NCBI GenBank assembly: GCA_041641295.1
Contig: JBEPYO010000001.1
Coordinates: 1,486,300-1,550,299, forward strand
From: Nitrososphaerota archaeon
GTDB taxonomy: Archaea > Thermoproteota > Nitrososphaeria_A > Caldarchaeales > Calditenuaceae
Length of the DNA: 64,000 nucleotides
Direction of reading: 5' to 3'
Below, in pieces: positions 12,315 to 21,327 of this stretch. The stretch's first letter is position 1, and each line of letters starts with the position of its first letter. The notes beneath the pieces were generated by a model that was not told the origin of the DNA, ran no database searches, and saw only the letters and a program-made list of their open reading frames with translations. Position numbers and translations under genes: made by a program.

Positions 12315-14317
12315 CTCTTTTCAGCCGGTTTGAGGAGCTCCGAGATGTCCTTGACGCTTATACGGTCCTCCACACCTAAGACCCTCCTAGCGTCCTCGAG
12401 CATGGCTAGGCAGAAGGGGCACTCGGTAACCACTGTAGTCGCACCCGTCTCCAGCAGCTCCTCAAGTCTGTGCAGGTTTTCACGCTTAGCCCGCTTTATG
12501 TCGAGCCAGTAGTTACCGCCACCCGCTCCGCAACACATGGTCTGTCTGCCGCTCCTCCTCGGCTCCCTCAACTCAGAGCCACTAAGTGCCTCCCTCGGTT
12601 CAGCTACGAACCCATGCATCCTCGAGAAGATGCATGAGTCGTGTATGGTGAGGGGCCCTACCGCGGCCAGCTTAAATTTCCCCTCCTTCACAAGTCTGTG
12701 TAGCAGCTGTATGTGGCTCACTACTCTAAACTCCGCTCCTAAATCCCTGTACTGTCGAGAGAATATGTCGAAGCAGTGTGGGCAGTGGGTGATAACCTCC
12801 TTAACCCCCTTGGACTTCAGCAGGCTTATCACCTCCTCGGCCAGTTCTTGGTACCTCCCCTCCTCCCCCAACCTCCTCGCGGGATCACCATTACACACCT
12901 CCTCGCTAGTCATCACTGCAAACCTAACACCCGCCGAGACCATCAGCGACGCTATCTGCTTAACAACCTGCCTAGCCCTAGGGTCGTAAGCCCCCATGCA
13001 TCCAACCCAGTAGACCGTCTCAACCGACTCCTCATCCTCAACCCTCCTAACTCCCATCTGGGCAAGCTCCTCTAGGAGCTTCACCCTCTCACCCTGACCA
13101 AGCCCAAACGGGTTCCTAGCCCTAGCAAGGTTCGAAAGCGTCTCAACCCCCTTCCTAGTGACGCTCCCACGCAGAGCAAGCGCCCTCCTCAGCTCAACTA
13201 TAAGCTCCATAGGGCTTATGAGGACCGGGCAGGCATACTCACACGCCCCGCACGTGGTGCAGGCATAGACCTCGTCTAGTGTGAAGGTGTTGGAGTCGAA
13301 GAGGTCTTCACCCCTCCTCTTCCACCAAGCCCTCCTTAATTTCTGGACAATAATTCGAGGGGAGAGAGGTGTGCCTGCGATGAGGGCTGGGCAAACCTCG
13401 TCACAGCGTCCACAGTCTGTGCAGGCGTCGAGCTGTAGTATCTGGCGTGGCTTAAGGTCACTGATGCTGCTTATGCCTACGGGGGGTAGACTCGCCTCCA
13501 AGTCGAGCTTGCTCAGTATGAAGGGTGTCTCTAACAGGCCTGGGGCCTTGGCATGCTGTTTATTCACTGCCACGTTAAGCGAGGCCGCAAGTATGTGTAG
13601 CAGGTTGGTGAATGGCAGGGCTGCCACGCCTGCGAAGGAAGCCACCGCGTGTGTCCACCAGAGAGCTCTATACACCGTCACCAAGGCATCGCCTCCAACG
13701 TTCAGGCCGCCAATATAGGCCGCCAGCAACGCCCCTACTGGAGAGTAGATGCTCCAAGGCGGGCTCCGTAGATATATTCTGATTCCCTCAAGGATGAAGC
13801 CTGTCACGCCTATGAAGAGTAGTAGCCAGAGTATTGCCAGATACTCCCTCCTATAGCTGAGTCGGCTTGGCTTTGTGACTGTCCTCCTGAGTAGGGCGTA
13901 CACCAGACTCAGTATTAGGAGCAGGCCGAAGGCATCCAGTAGGACCTCGAAGACTAGGTAGAAGTCCCCTACTAGGAGACGCGTCTTGAGCGGCCGCAAA
14001 ATATCGTAGTCAACAAATACTAGGGTGGTGCCTATGAAGAGTGCCAAGATGCCGTAGGATATTAGAAAATGCATCACACCAGGCCTAATGTCGCGGAGGA
14101 TACGTCTCTGAGCCCACGCAAACTCTATAATCGACTTTATGAACCCGCTTGGGCTGCTCTTGAAGGCGCTCCAGATAAGCCTCAAATCATAGCTTCCCAG
14201 CCTCAAGTAGATGCCGTAGAGGAACACCGCGGCGAATGGTGCGAGGACAATATACATGATAATATCAGTCCCCTCAGGCATCAGGATGAGATTCTCTCTG
14301 GCGGGCACACTACTCAT
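12311..14317 (-). CDS. Membrane Fe-S oxidoreductase, FadF/HdrD-E-like
   Basis: N-terminal TM region, two CxxCxxCxxxCP motifs, CCG domains (CNG, CCGAGGG, CPFC). Confidence 0.88.
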   Translation of the reverse strand: MSSVPARENLILMPEGTDIIMYIVLAPFAAVFLYGIYLRLGSYDLRLIWSAFKSSPSGFIKSIIEFAWAQRRILRDIRPGVMHFLISYGILALFIGTTLVFVDYDILRPLKTRLLVGDFYLVFEVLLDAFGLLLILSLVYALLRRTVTKPSRLSYRREYLAILWLLLFIGVTGFILEGIRIYLRSPPWSIYSPVGALLAAYIGGLNVGGDALVTVYRALWWTHAVASFAGVAALPFTNLLHILAASLNVAVNKQHAKAPGLLETPFILSKLDLEASLPPVGISSISDLKPRQILQLDACTDCGRCDEVCPALIAGTPLSPRIIVQKLRRAWWKRRGEDLFDSNTFTLDEVYACTTCGACEYACPVLISPMELIVELRRALALRGSVTRKGVETLSNLARARNPFGLGQGERVKLLEELAQMGVRRVEDEESVETVYWVGCMGAYDPRARQVVKQIASLMVSAGVRFAVMTSEEVCNGDPARRLGEEGRYQELAEEVISLLKSKGVKEVITHCPHCFDIFSRQYRDLGAEFRVVSHIQLLHRLVKEGKFKLAAVGPLTIHDSCIFSRMHGFVAEPREALSGSELREPRRSGRQTMCCGAGGGNYWLDIKRAKRENLHRLEELLETGATTVVTECPFCLAMLEDARRVLGVEDRISVKDISELLKPAEKS

Positions 14318-14379
14318 AACTTACACCAAAGCTAGATTCCATAAGCACTAGTTATTAATTAGTTATCCACTCCACATCT

Positions 14380-14601
14380 GTGGCGATGGTGAGGTATCTG
14401 GTCGTCGTTTGTGCGAAGTGTGGCAGCTACAGGGTTGTAAGCGGTGTGCAGAAAACTTTCAGATGCTTTAGCTGCGGAACCGTGTCTGGTCTAAGGCAGG
14501 AGCTTGTAGTGGCCTATGCCAACACGGCCGAGGAGGCGAGGCAGAAGATCGCGCACCTGAAAATTTCTAGGGCGGCGAGGAGGGAGGAATCAAAGCCATG
14601 A
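14380..14601 (+). CDS. Small zinc-ribbon protein (DUF1922-like)
   Basis: CAKCG...CFSCG plus EEAR helix. Confidence 0.7.
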   Translation: MAMVRYLVVVCAKCGSYRVVSGVQKTFRCFSCGTVSGLRQELVVAYANTAEEARQKIAHLKISRAARREESKP

Positions 14602-15717
14602 ATGCAGCTCTATGACTTCCTCAGGCTCGCCGGCATAGTTTTTGAACCTAGCTGGGGTGAAAGTTTCGACTGAGACTGGCGCCTTTCCACTGGCTATATA
14701 CTCTACTAGGTCTTGGCTCAGCGCTGGACCCCGCATTATCCCGTAGCCATCAAGCCCGTCGATGATGAACAGGTTTGGATTGCTCGGAACCTGCCCCACT
14801 AGGGGGCGGCCATCTGGTGTGGAGCTGCATACACCAGTCCAACCTCCCGTCAGCCGGTAGTCCTCGGGGCGCTTCAGCCTATCCAGCAACTTCTGCCCAA
14901 GCTCATCGATGAACTCCCTCGCAGGATGTGGGGGACAATCTGAGGGTGACTTGAGCTTTACGGCAAACCCGTTACCCACTAGGAGCGAACTCAGCCCGAA
15001 CCGCCTCATATAGACGTGGTTCTCCTCAATAAACACGGGAACATCGCATACATTCCCCGCCACATTAAATGACAGTACTTGGCATGCGTAGACAAGCGTT
15101 GGCACCCGCCAGATCCCACTCTTAGCGAGGAGATCCCTATTCCACGCGCCAGCGGCTAGGACAGCTTGATCGAAAGAGAGCCCATCCCCTCTCAAGTGAA
15201 TGATTCTCTGATCCGCGTCTAGTCCTGTGATCTCCGTCCACTCGTAGATCTTGACACCAAGGCCGTCCAGCCTCTCTCTCAGGGAAGAGAAGAGGCCAGA
15301 CATCTCAACCACAATGTCATCGGGGGTATAGAGACCAACCTCATAGTCTTTAACCCTCATCCAGCCAACCCAGTCGGCCAGCTCTCCATTACTTAAGACC
15401 CTATACCTGACACCGGCACCATCCAATAGCTCCCTCGAGTATCTCGACATCCAGTAAGGCTCTATTGAGAGAAACCCTGTCCTCAGAACAGAGTCTGAAG
15501 CGACACTCCTGTAAATCTCTTGACTCCTCTTAGACAGCTGTATGTCGATGGGAAGTACTAGTTGTGTAGTGTGTATCCCCGCGCATTTTCCACTAGACCC
15601 GCTTCCCAGATGCCCAGCCTCAACGAGTGCAACCTTGAACCCCTTCTCGGCGGCAAAGTAGGCCGTGAAGGAGCCTACTACGCCGCCACCCACCACGACC
15701 AGTTCATAGTGCCTCAT
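14590..15717 (-). CDS. FAD-dependent oxidoreductase (DAO/sarcosine oxidase beta family)
   Basis: VVGGGVVG Rossmann motif, GSGSSG, LAAGAW, TPDGRPLVG. Confidence 0.88.
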   Translation of the reverse strand: MRHYELVVVGGGVVGSFTAYFAAEKGFKVALVEAGHLGSGSSGKCAGIHTTQLVLPIDIQLSKRSQEIYRSVASDSVLRTGFLSIEPYWMSRYSRELLDGAGVRYRVLSNGELADWVGWMRVKDYEVGLYTPDDIVVEMSGLFSSLRERLDGLGVKIYEWTEITGLDADQRIIHLRGDGLSFDQAVLAAGAWNRDLLAKSGIWRVPTLVYACQVLSFNVAGNVCDVPVFIEENHVYMRRFGLSSLLVGNGFAVKLKSPSDCPPHPAREFIDELGQKLLDRLKRPEDYRLTGGWTGVCSSTPDGRPLVGQVPSNPNLFIIDGLDGYGIMRGPALSQDLVEYIASGKAPVSVETFTPARFKNYAGEPEEVIELHSWL

Positions 15718-15977
15718 GCTGGTTCTATAGTATTAGCCTCGACATTATAAACTTCTCAACTTATAAAGGATATTATATTTCGCAGCCCCAGATTAGTATT
15801 TAAGGGCAGTTTATTATCAATTATTTGGTGATATAAACGTGTGTACTATATTTTTGATTTTGAGTTGCATAATTATAATTCTTTTCGTCTATTTGACCTC
15901 GTATTATTAGTCCAAGTTGTATCCGCCTGTGATTGGGTTAAATAGTGATTGTTGTTATTGTTGTATAGTAGCCGTTT

Positions 15978-17366
15978 TTAAGATTTTCTACCACTTTTCT
16001 CGAGGTATTTCTGGAGTATGCGGAGGAATTTTTCCGCCACTTCGACGCTGTTCCTGCCGGTTATTGTTATCATAGGCTCCTTCCCCCAGTCTCCCCGGTG
16101 AAATATTATGTCGGTCACTTTGCCGGCCGACTCGTAGGCTCTTGCAACCCCCCATCTAATGGTCATACCCTCGACATATTTGATCTCAGGCGGCTCTTGG
16201 CTTCTGTCGTATGAGCTGATGGAGAATCCGAGGTCGCGGGCGACTGCGAGGATCTCCTCAGAGTATTTGATGTTCATGGCGGCCCTCTTTGATGGGTCGT
16301 ACTGGGCTATCGTCAGGACTGTGTCGGCAACATGTCTGGAGCCACCCATCCAGGGATGCGAGGCGGCCTTCAGTCTGTTGAAAATCCGCGTAATCCTTCC
16401 TGGGACAGCCACCACCTCATCTCGGCTGGTAGCGCCTAGTGGGGCCTCTGCTATGTTTATTCCGGACTCGGGCGCCAGCTCTCCAGCCCCTTCAGCATCC
16501 TCGATTATCCTTACAGCCTCGCGAACATTTGTCAACGCATCTAGAAGACTAGCTCGCTTAGCCACATATGACATGGGGTTAACCGGCCCGGCACCCTGAC
16601 CTATTAGGAACCCTCCCTTAATCGCCTCATACACAAAGCTCTGAGCCTTCTTAACTGCCTCCGGTATTGTGGAGCCCTTCGCCAGCTCTGTGGCCACTGC
16701 AGACGCAAATACACAACCCGTACCATGCGTTGCTCTAGTGTCGAGTCTCGGAACCTCAAATCTATAGTATGAGCCCTCATAGTATAGTATATCAATGACT
16801 CTCTCGCCATGTAGGTGGCCGCCCTTCACAACGACAGCCGGTATCCCAAAATTATCCGCAAGCGTCTTAGCCACTAACTTCTGGTCCTCCTCCGTCATGA
16901 TTCTAATGCCGCTTAGGACTGTTGCCTCACTGGCGTTAGGTGTTATTACTGTGGAGATTGGGAGTAGGCTCTTCTTCAGCTCGTCCACGGCAGCGGATTG
17001 GAGGAGCTGGGCCCCACTCTTAGCAACCATCACTGGGTCAACGACCTTTGGCACGTCAAGCCCGCGCAGCTCCCGGCTTACCGCCCTAATTATCTCCGAG
17101 GTATGGAGCATCCCTGTCTTAACCGCGTCCACACCAATATCGCTTACACACACTCTTATCTGCTCGGCTATGAAATCGGGGTCGAGGTCAACTATCTTTG
17201 TGACCTCTTTAGTGTTTTGGGCAGTCAGGGATGTTATGGCTGACATTCCATGCCCTCCCAGAGCCGCTATGGTCTTGAGGTCTGCCTGAATCCCGGCCCC
17301 GCCCCCGGAATCGGAGCCAGCAACTGTGAGAACTCTGGGAACCCGCGAGACCATACTGTGTAACAT
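15978..17366 (-). CDS. thiDN: Bifunctional HMP/HMP-P kinase and thiamine-phosphate synthase (ThiD-ThiN)
   Basis: AGSDSGGGAGIQADLKT, HGTGC; C-terminal ThiN domain (AVPGRI, AAMNIKY, GDWGKEPMI). Confidence 0.93.
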   Translation of the reverse strand: MLHSMVSRVPRVLTVAGSDSGGGAGIQADLKTIAALGGHGMSAITSLTAQNTKEVTKIVDLDPDFIAEQIRVCVSDIGVDAVKTGMLHTSEIIRAVSRELRGLDVPKVVDPVMVAKSGAQLLQSAAVDELKKSLLPISTVITPNASEATVLSGIRIMTEEDQKLVAKTLADNFGIPAVVVKGGHLHGERVIDILYYEGSYYRFEVPRLDTRATHGTGCVFASAVATELAKGSTIPEAVKKAQSFVYEAIKGGFLIGQGAGPVNPMSYVAKRASLLDALTNVREAVRIIEDAEGAGELAPESGINIAEAPLGATSRDEVVAVPGRITRIFNRLKAASHPWMGGSRHVADTVLTIAQYDPSKRAAMNIKYSEEILAVARDLGFSISSYDRSQEPPEIKYVEGMTIRWGVARAYESAGKVTDIIFHRGDWGKEPMITITGRNSVEVAEKFLRILQKYLEKSGRKS

Positions 17367-17369
17367 ACT

Positions 17370-17921
17370 CTACCCCATTCTTATAACTATGTCAGATACC
17401 TGCAGCAGCTGTTCGACAAAACTCTTCTCCCTCACAGATATGCCAGTGCCCTTATCATCTGCGAGCCTAGAGCCGTAGTAGGCTGTGACCAGCCACGCCC
17501 TCGCGAGGGACATGGCAGAGAATAGCTGCGCCGGCTCTCCTGCGTGAATGTAGATGGTTACATCGTTTATAGCTAGGATAGGTGTGGGGTTCTTGCTGTA
17601 CTCCTCTAGGAGTGGCCTTATCGACTCTTCGTTTGCCTTAGCCAGCCTACTCACGTCCTCCGCGTCTCTTCCAATGAGCCTCGGGGGCCTTATCTCCCAG
17701 CTGGTCAGATACTTTACTCCGTCCGGCAGCTCACCGACCTCCACCAGCTTCCCCCCAACACCCCAGGAGAGGCCCGGCGCCATGTCGAGAACTGTCACCT
17801 CACCGCCTAAGCCGGCGTCTGAAAGCATCCACAAAAGCCTGTAGAGTAGTCTTGTCTTTCCAGTCCTAACCTCGCCGAAAATGGTGGTGTGGCTCTCAGC
17901 CAGTGTCTCGGGGGTAAGCAT
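17370..17921 (-). CDS. Uncharacterised P-loop NTPase-like protein
   Basis: Walker A-like GEVRTGKT and Walker B-like strands (VTVLD, LAIND); 3 nt from thiDN. Confidence 0.7.
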   Translation of the reverse strand: MLTPETLAESHTTIFGEVRTGKTRLLYRLLWMLSDAGLGGEVTVLDMAPGLSWGVGGKLVEVGELPDGVKYLTSWEIRPPRLIGRDAEDVSRLAKANEESIRPLLEEYSKNPTPILAINDVTIYIHAGEPAQLFSAMSLARAWLVTAYYGSRLADDKGTGISVREKSFVEQLLQVSDIVIRMG

Positions 17922-17941
17922 CTCCTCGGAGCATGCCTTTC

Positions 17942-18499
17942 CTACTCAAATAGTTGGGGCATGACCTTGTTGAGAGCTAGTAGGACTAGGTAGCCTGCGA
18001 TGGAGCCGGGTATTGAGCTGGCAGCCCATCCGGACCAGAAGATTAGGAGGGCTAACAGGTATTCGTTGCGGGCAAGTAGCGTTGTGATTCCTGGAGAGAG
18101 GGGGAAGAACTGTGGGAGGAAGGGTGAGAGCAGCAGCAGCGATACAGTGCCGCCTATCAGGACTGTCCCTATGGGCTCGGCGAAGGCGCAGAGAAACCTG
18201 GCCTTGGGGCTTGCAAATCGCCTTGTCAGCTTGTAGAAGAGGCCGACTAGTACGACGCCGGGGAGCCCTCCCGGATATGCAAAGAGTGTGCCCACACCCA
18301 GGCCTATCCTCAGCGAGCCTACAATCAGGGGGACGGCCAGGCCCCAGAGTGGCCCAACCATCACGCCGGCTAGAACATTCCCGAAATGCTGCATGGGCGC
18401 GGCCCGCGTCCCAAAGAATGGGAACCATATGTAGAGTGAAGATATTAGGGTGATGGCAGAGATTGCGACGACATAGGAGATTCTACGGGTTGTCTTCAA
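17942..18499 (-). CDS. thiW: Thiazole ECF transporter S-component ThiW
   Basis: PMQHFGNVLAGVMVGP, GTLFAYPGG, EPIGTVLIG, SSIPGS signatures. Confidence 0.88.
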   Translation of the reverse strand: MKTTRRISYVVAISAITLISSLYIWFPFFGTRAAPMQHFGNVLAGVMVGPLWGLAVPLIVGSLRIGLGVGTLFAYPGGLPGVVLVGLFYKLTRRFASPKARFLCAFAEPIGTVLIGGTVSLLLLSPFLPQFFPLSPGITTLLARNEYLLALLIFWSGWAASSIPGSIAGYLVLLALNKVMPQLFE

Positions 18500-18520
18500 G
18501 ACAGCCCAAACACCTCCGCG

Positions 18521-18913
18521 CTACTTTAAGCCCCAGCTAATCTTCTTTACAGGCTTCACCCTTATCAGGGCCACCTCTCCCTCATCCCACGGATCACGTC
18601 TCGCCCAGGCGAATTTCTTGAAGAAGGCTTCCGAAATCTGTTTAAACTCTTCGCCATGCGTAATTATCTCCGCCTCGCCGCGGATGAGGACGGCCTTGTT
18701 GGGCTGGTACTGGTCGACTAGGACTGCAACCCTCTTGTCATTCTTAATGTTTCTAACCTTAGCCGTGTCCAAGTCTGAGACAATGTAGAAGAACCCGTCC
18801 CTGAAAATGTAGCACACTGGCACTAGATGCGGTGATCCGTCCCTATCCAGTGTGGCTAGGCGGCATAGCTCATTCCTCTCGAGAAATCGAACCTCACTAT
18901 CCCTAAACCTCAA
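18521..18913 (-). CDS. Pyridoxamine-5'-phosphate oxidase-like (PPOX, possibly F420-dependent) protein
   Basis: RLATLDRDGSPHLVPV, KVRNIKNDKRVAVLVD, C-terminal ISWG. Confidence 0.85.
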   Translation of the reverse strand: MRFRDSEVRFLERNELCRLATLDRDGSPHLVPVCYIFRDGFFYIVSDLDTAKVRNIKNDKRVAVLVDQYQPNKAVLIRGEAEIITHGEEFKQISEAFFKKFAWARRDPWDEGEVALIRVKPVKKISWGLK

Positions 18914-19018
18914 GGCACGTCCCTACCATGTCTCACAGGTGGATATAACCGTTAGCCGGTTTGGAGAGCAATGGCAGACTTATATCACTCTGGCTATATT
19001 TGCTTCATAGTTCGGGAG

Positions 19019-20257
19019 ATGGAAGCAGCATCTAGATCGCCTTACAGGATTAGGGAAGACTTCCCCATTTTCTCCAAAATCAGGGGCCCCAGACCCCTAG
19101 TCTATCTGGATAACGCTGCCACAACCCAGAAGCCTAGGCGAGTGTTAAACGCCATGGTGCTATACTATGCCAATACTAACGCGAATGTCCATAGGGGCGT
19201 CTACGGCATCTCGATAGAAGCTACCGAGCTCTATGAGAGTGTGAGGAGGAAGATAGCAAACTTCGTGGATGCGAACAGCTGGCGCGAGGTCGTCTTTACC
19301 AGAAACACTACTGAGGCGATAAACCTGGTCGCCTACTCCTACGCACTACACAAGATCAAGAGAGGAGGCAAGATAGTCATCACTGAGATGGAGCATCACA
19401 GCAATATAGTCCCGTGGCAGCTCATCGCGAGAATAAAAGACCTCAGAATTGAGGCGATACCGATCACGATGGACGGCTACCTTGACCTAAGCTCCCTCGA
19501 CAAATTCCTGAAGGATGCAGACATGCTTGCCATAGTCCACGCATCAAACGTCCTCGGAACAATCAACCCCGTCAAAGAGATTACAAAGGCTGCAAAGGAG
19601 TACGGTGCAACAGTGCTAATTGACGCGGCCCAGAGCGTCCCCCACATGCCTGTCAGCTTCAGGGAGATTGGATGCGACTTCCTAGCCTTCTCAGGCCACA
19701 AGATGTTGGGGCCTATGGGAGTAGGCTGCCTAATAGCGCGTGAAGAAATGCTCGAGTCCATGGAGCCCTTCATGGGTGGTGGCGAGATGATCCGCGAAGT
19801 AACTCTGAGCGGCTCGAGCTGGAATGAGGTTCCTTGGAAATTCGAGGCAGGCACTCCTAGCGTAGGTGACGTAGTGGGTCTAGGGGCGGCCGTCGAATAT
19901 CTTCAGGAGATAGGACTCGAGTGGGTGAGGAAGCATGAGGAGGAGCTGACGGAGACAGCCCTCCAAGAGTTCTCCGAGATTCCACGGCTCAGAATCGTTG
20001 GGCCGGAGTCAGTGAAGGACCGCTGCGGCCTCGTCTCCTTCCTACTAAGCGATATCCACCCCCATGACCTGGCAGAGTACCTGGACAGGGAGTTCAATAT
20101 AGCCGTCAGGGCAGGGCACCACTGCGCCATGCCACTCCACACAAAGCTAGGCCTAACAGCAACCACGCGGGCCAGCTTCTACATCTACAACACGAAAGAG
20201 GAGGTCCAGCTCCTAGCAGAGGGCCTAAAGCAGGCCCTGAAACACTTCAAAGCCTAA
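19019..20257 (+). CDS. sufS: Cysteine desulfurase, SufS type
   Basis: YLDNAATTQKP, EHHSN, FSGHKMLGP (PLP Lys), RAGHHCA; start likely ATG 19019 rather than 18971. Confidence 0.93.
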   Translation: MEAASRSPYRIREDFPIFSKIRGPRPLVYLDNAATTQKPRRVLNAMVLYYANTNANVHRGVYGISIEATELYESVRRKIANFVDANSWREVVFTRNTTEAINLVAYSYALHKIKRGGKIVITEMEHHSNIVPWQLIARIKDLRIEAIPITMDGYLDLSSLDKFLKDADMLAIVHASNVLGTINPVKEITKAAKEYGATVLIDAAQSVPHMPVSFREIGCDFLAFSGHKMLGPMGVGCLIAREEMLESMEPFMGGGEMIREVTLSGSSWNEVPWKFEAGTPSVGDVVGLGAAVEYLQEIGLEWVRKHEEELTETALQEFSEIPRLRIVGPESVKDRCGLVSFLLSDIHPHDLAEYLDREFNIAVRAGHHCAMPLHTKLGLTATTRASFYIYNTKEEVQLLAEGLKQALKHFKA

Positions 20258-20757
20258 ATGTCTACAGTAAACATGGTCGTCGTGGAGTTCATGTTTATCT
20301 CCGTGAGAAGCCACAGCTTCCTGAAATAAGAGTTGAAGAAATCGCTTCGAGCATCCTCACTCACACCCACAATCACATCATATATGCCAAATATCTCGTA
20401 CGCCTCAGTAACATACTCGATTCCCTGCAGAAACCTGTCCCAGAGCCTCGGAGCCGCCGGCCTCCTAATCTTAATGAAAGTGTAGGCGCACTTCTTCTTA
20501 GGCTTGTCAAGCTGCCTCTCAAAGTTGAGCCCCGCCTCGTTAACGATTAGCGTATTCGTGTCGACTATGCCGTTCTGGTAAAGGGTGTCGAGAACCGAGT
20601 TTATCTGCTCCAGATTATTTACCCTCACCTTAGCGATGATGTCGGCCGTCCCGAATATGAGGTAGGCCTCTTCAACGAACTGGGCCCTCCTCGTAGCCTG
20701 GAGACACTCAATAAGCTCACTCCTCTTACCGACAGACCCCAGGATGAAAGCTTTCAC
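20254..20757 (-). CDS. Tandem Lrp/AsnC ligand-binding (RAM) domain protein without HTH
   Basis: Two repeats of EAYxIFGxxD. Confidence 0.75.
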   Translation of the reverse strand: MKAFILGSVGKRSELIECLQATRRAQFVEEAYLIFGTADIIAKVRVNNLEQINSVLDTLYQNGIVDTNTLIVNEAGLNFERQLDKPKKKCAYTFIKIRRPAAPRLWDRFLQGIEYVTEAYEIFGIYDVIVGVSEDARSDFFNSYFRKLWLLTEINMNSTTTMFTVDI

Positions 20758-20793
20758 GTTCTATAGAGGCGGCCGCGGATGCTTTTAAGCGTT

Positions 20794-21165
20794 TCAATCA
20801 CAGATATGGCAGGAATTAACGTCCAGCACGGGTTCAAGGGTTTTATGGGCGAGGCAGAGGACACGCTCCCTCCTAAGCCTCTCAAGCCCCTTCTGGATAA
20901 GCTCCCTAACAACCATATCGTCTTCACCACGAAGGATCGCACCGGCAATCTCCCCGGCCACCTCCTGCATAACCCCGTTCTCCAAAAGCTCCCGCATCTT
21001 ACCCCGCGCCATCCGCAAATAATTGCTAACAGCGGGCTGGGTTATCCCCAAGGCCTGGGCCACCCGCCTCTGCTGAAAGCCATGATCCCTAACAAGCAGT
21101 GTAACTACAGCGGCCCTCAGCAGGGGGAGCATCACCCTCGCCTCTATCTCGGATGGGAGCAGCAT
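20794..21165 (-). CDS. HTH transcriptional regulator (COG2522-like) with C-terminal Cys/His cluster
   Basis: MLLPSE...LP start, QRRVAQALGITQPAVSNYL HTH, CLAH...CHIC tail. Confidence 0.85.
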   Translation of the reverse strand: MLLPSEIEARVMLPLLRAAVVTLLVRDHGFQQRRVAQALGITQPAVSNYLRMARGKMRELLENGVMQEVAGEIAGAILRGEDDMVVRELIQKGLERLRRERVLCLAHKTLEPVLDVNSCHICD

Positions 21166-21228
21166 ATTCCCCAGACCCCTTTTTTTATACCCTGAAATCT
21201 TATCTTTAACGCCTGTATTTATGATTTG

Positions 21229-21247
21229 TCAAACTAAACTAGTTTGA
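21229..21247. promoter_or_regulatory. Palindromic operator candidate between divergent HTH gene and tes
   Basis: Perfect inverted repeat TCAAACTA-aac-TAGTTTGA. Confidence 0.55.
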
Positions 21248-21290
21248 GCACAATTCTACCTTTGTTACAGTGAATTTGGTCGGATAAGTC

Positions 21291-21298
21291 TTAAATAG
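21291..21298 (+). promoter_or_regulatory. TATA box for tes
   Basis: TTAAATAG about 30 nt upstream of ATG 21328. Confidence 0.5.
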
Positions 21299-21327
21299 GC
21301 CAGACATGCGAAGCGAGTTGAAGATAC

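Noticed and set aside
15718-15977. AT-rich 260-nt intergenic region as ncRNA, TPP riboswitch or replication origin
   Set aside because: Lies downstream of the thi operon, has no GC-rich stems or riboswitch core, and shows no ORB-like repeats or cdc6 neighbour
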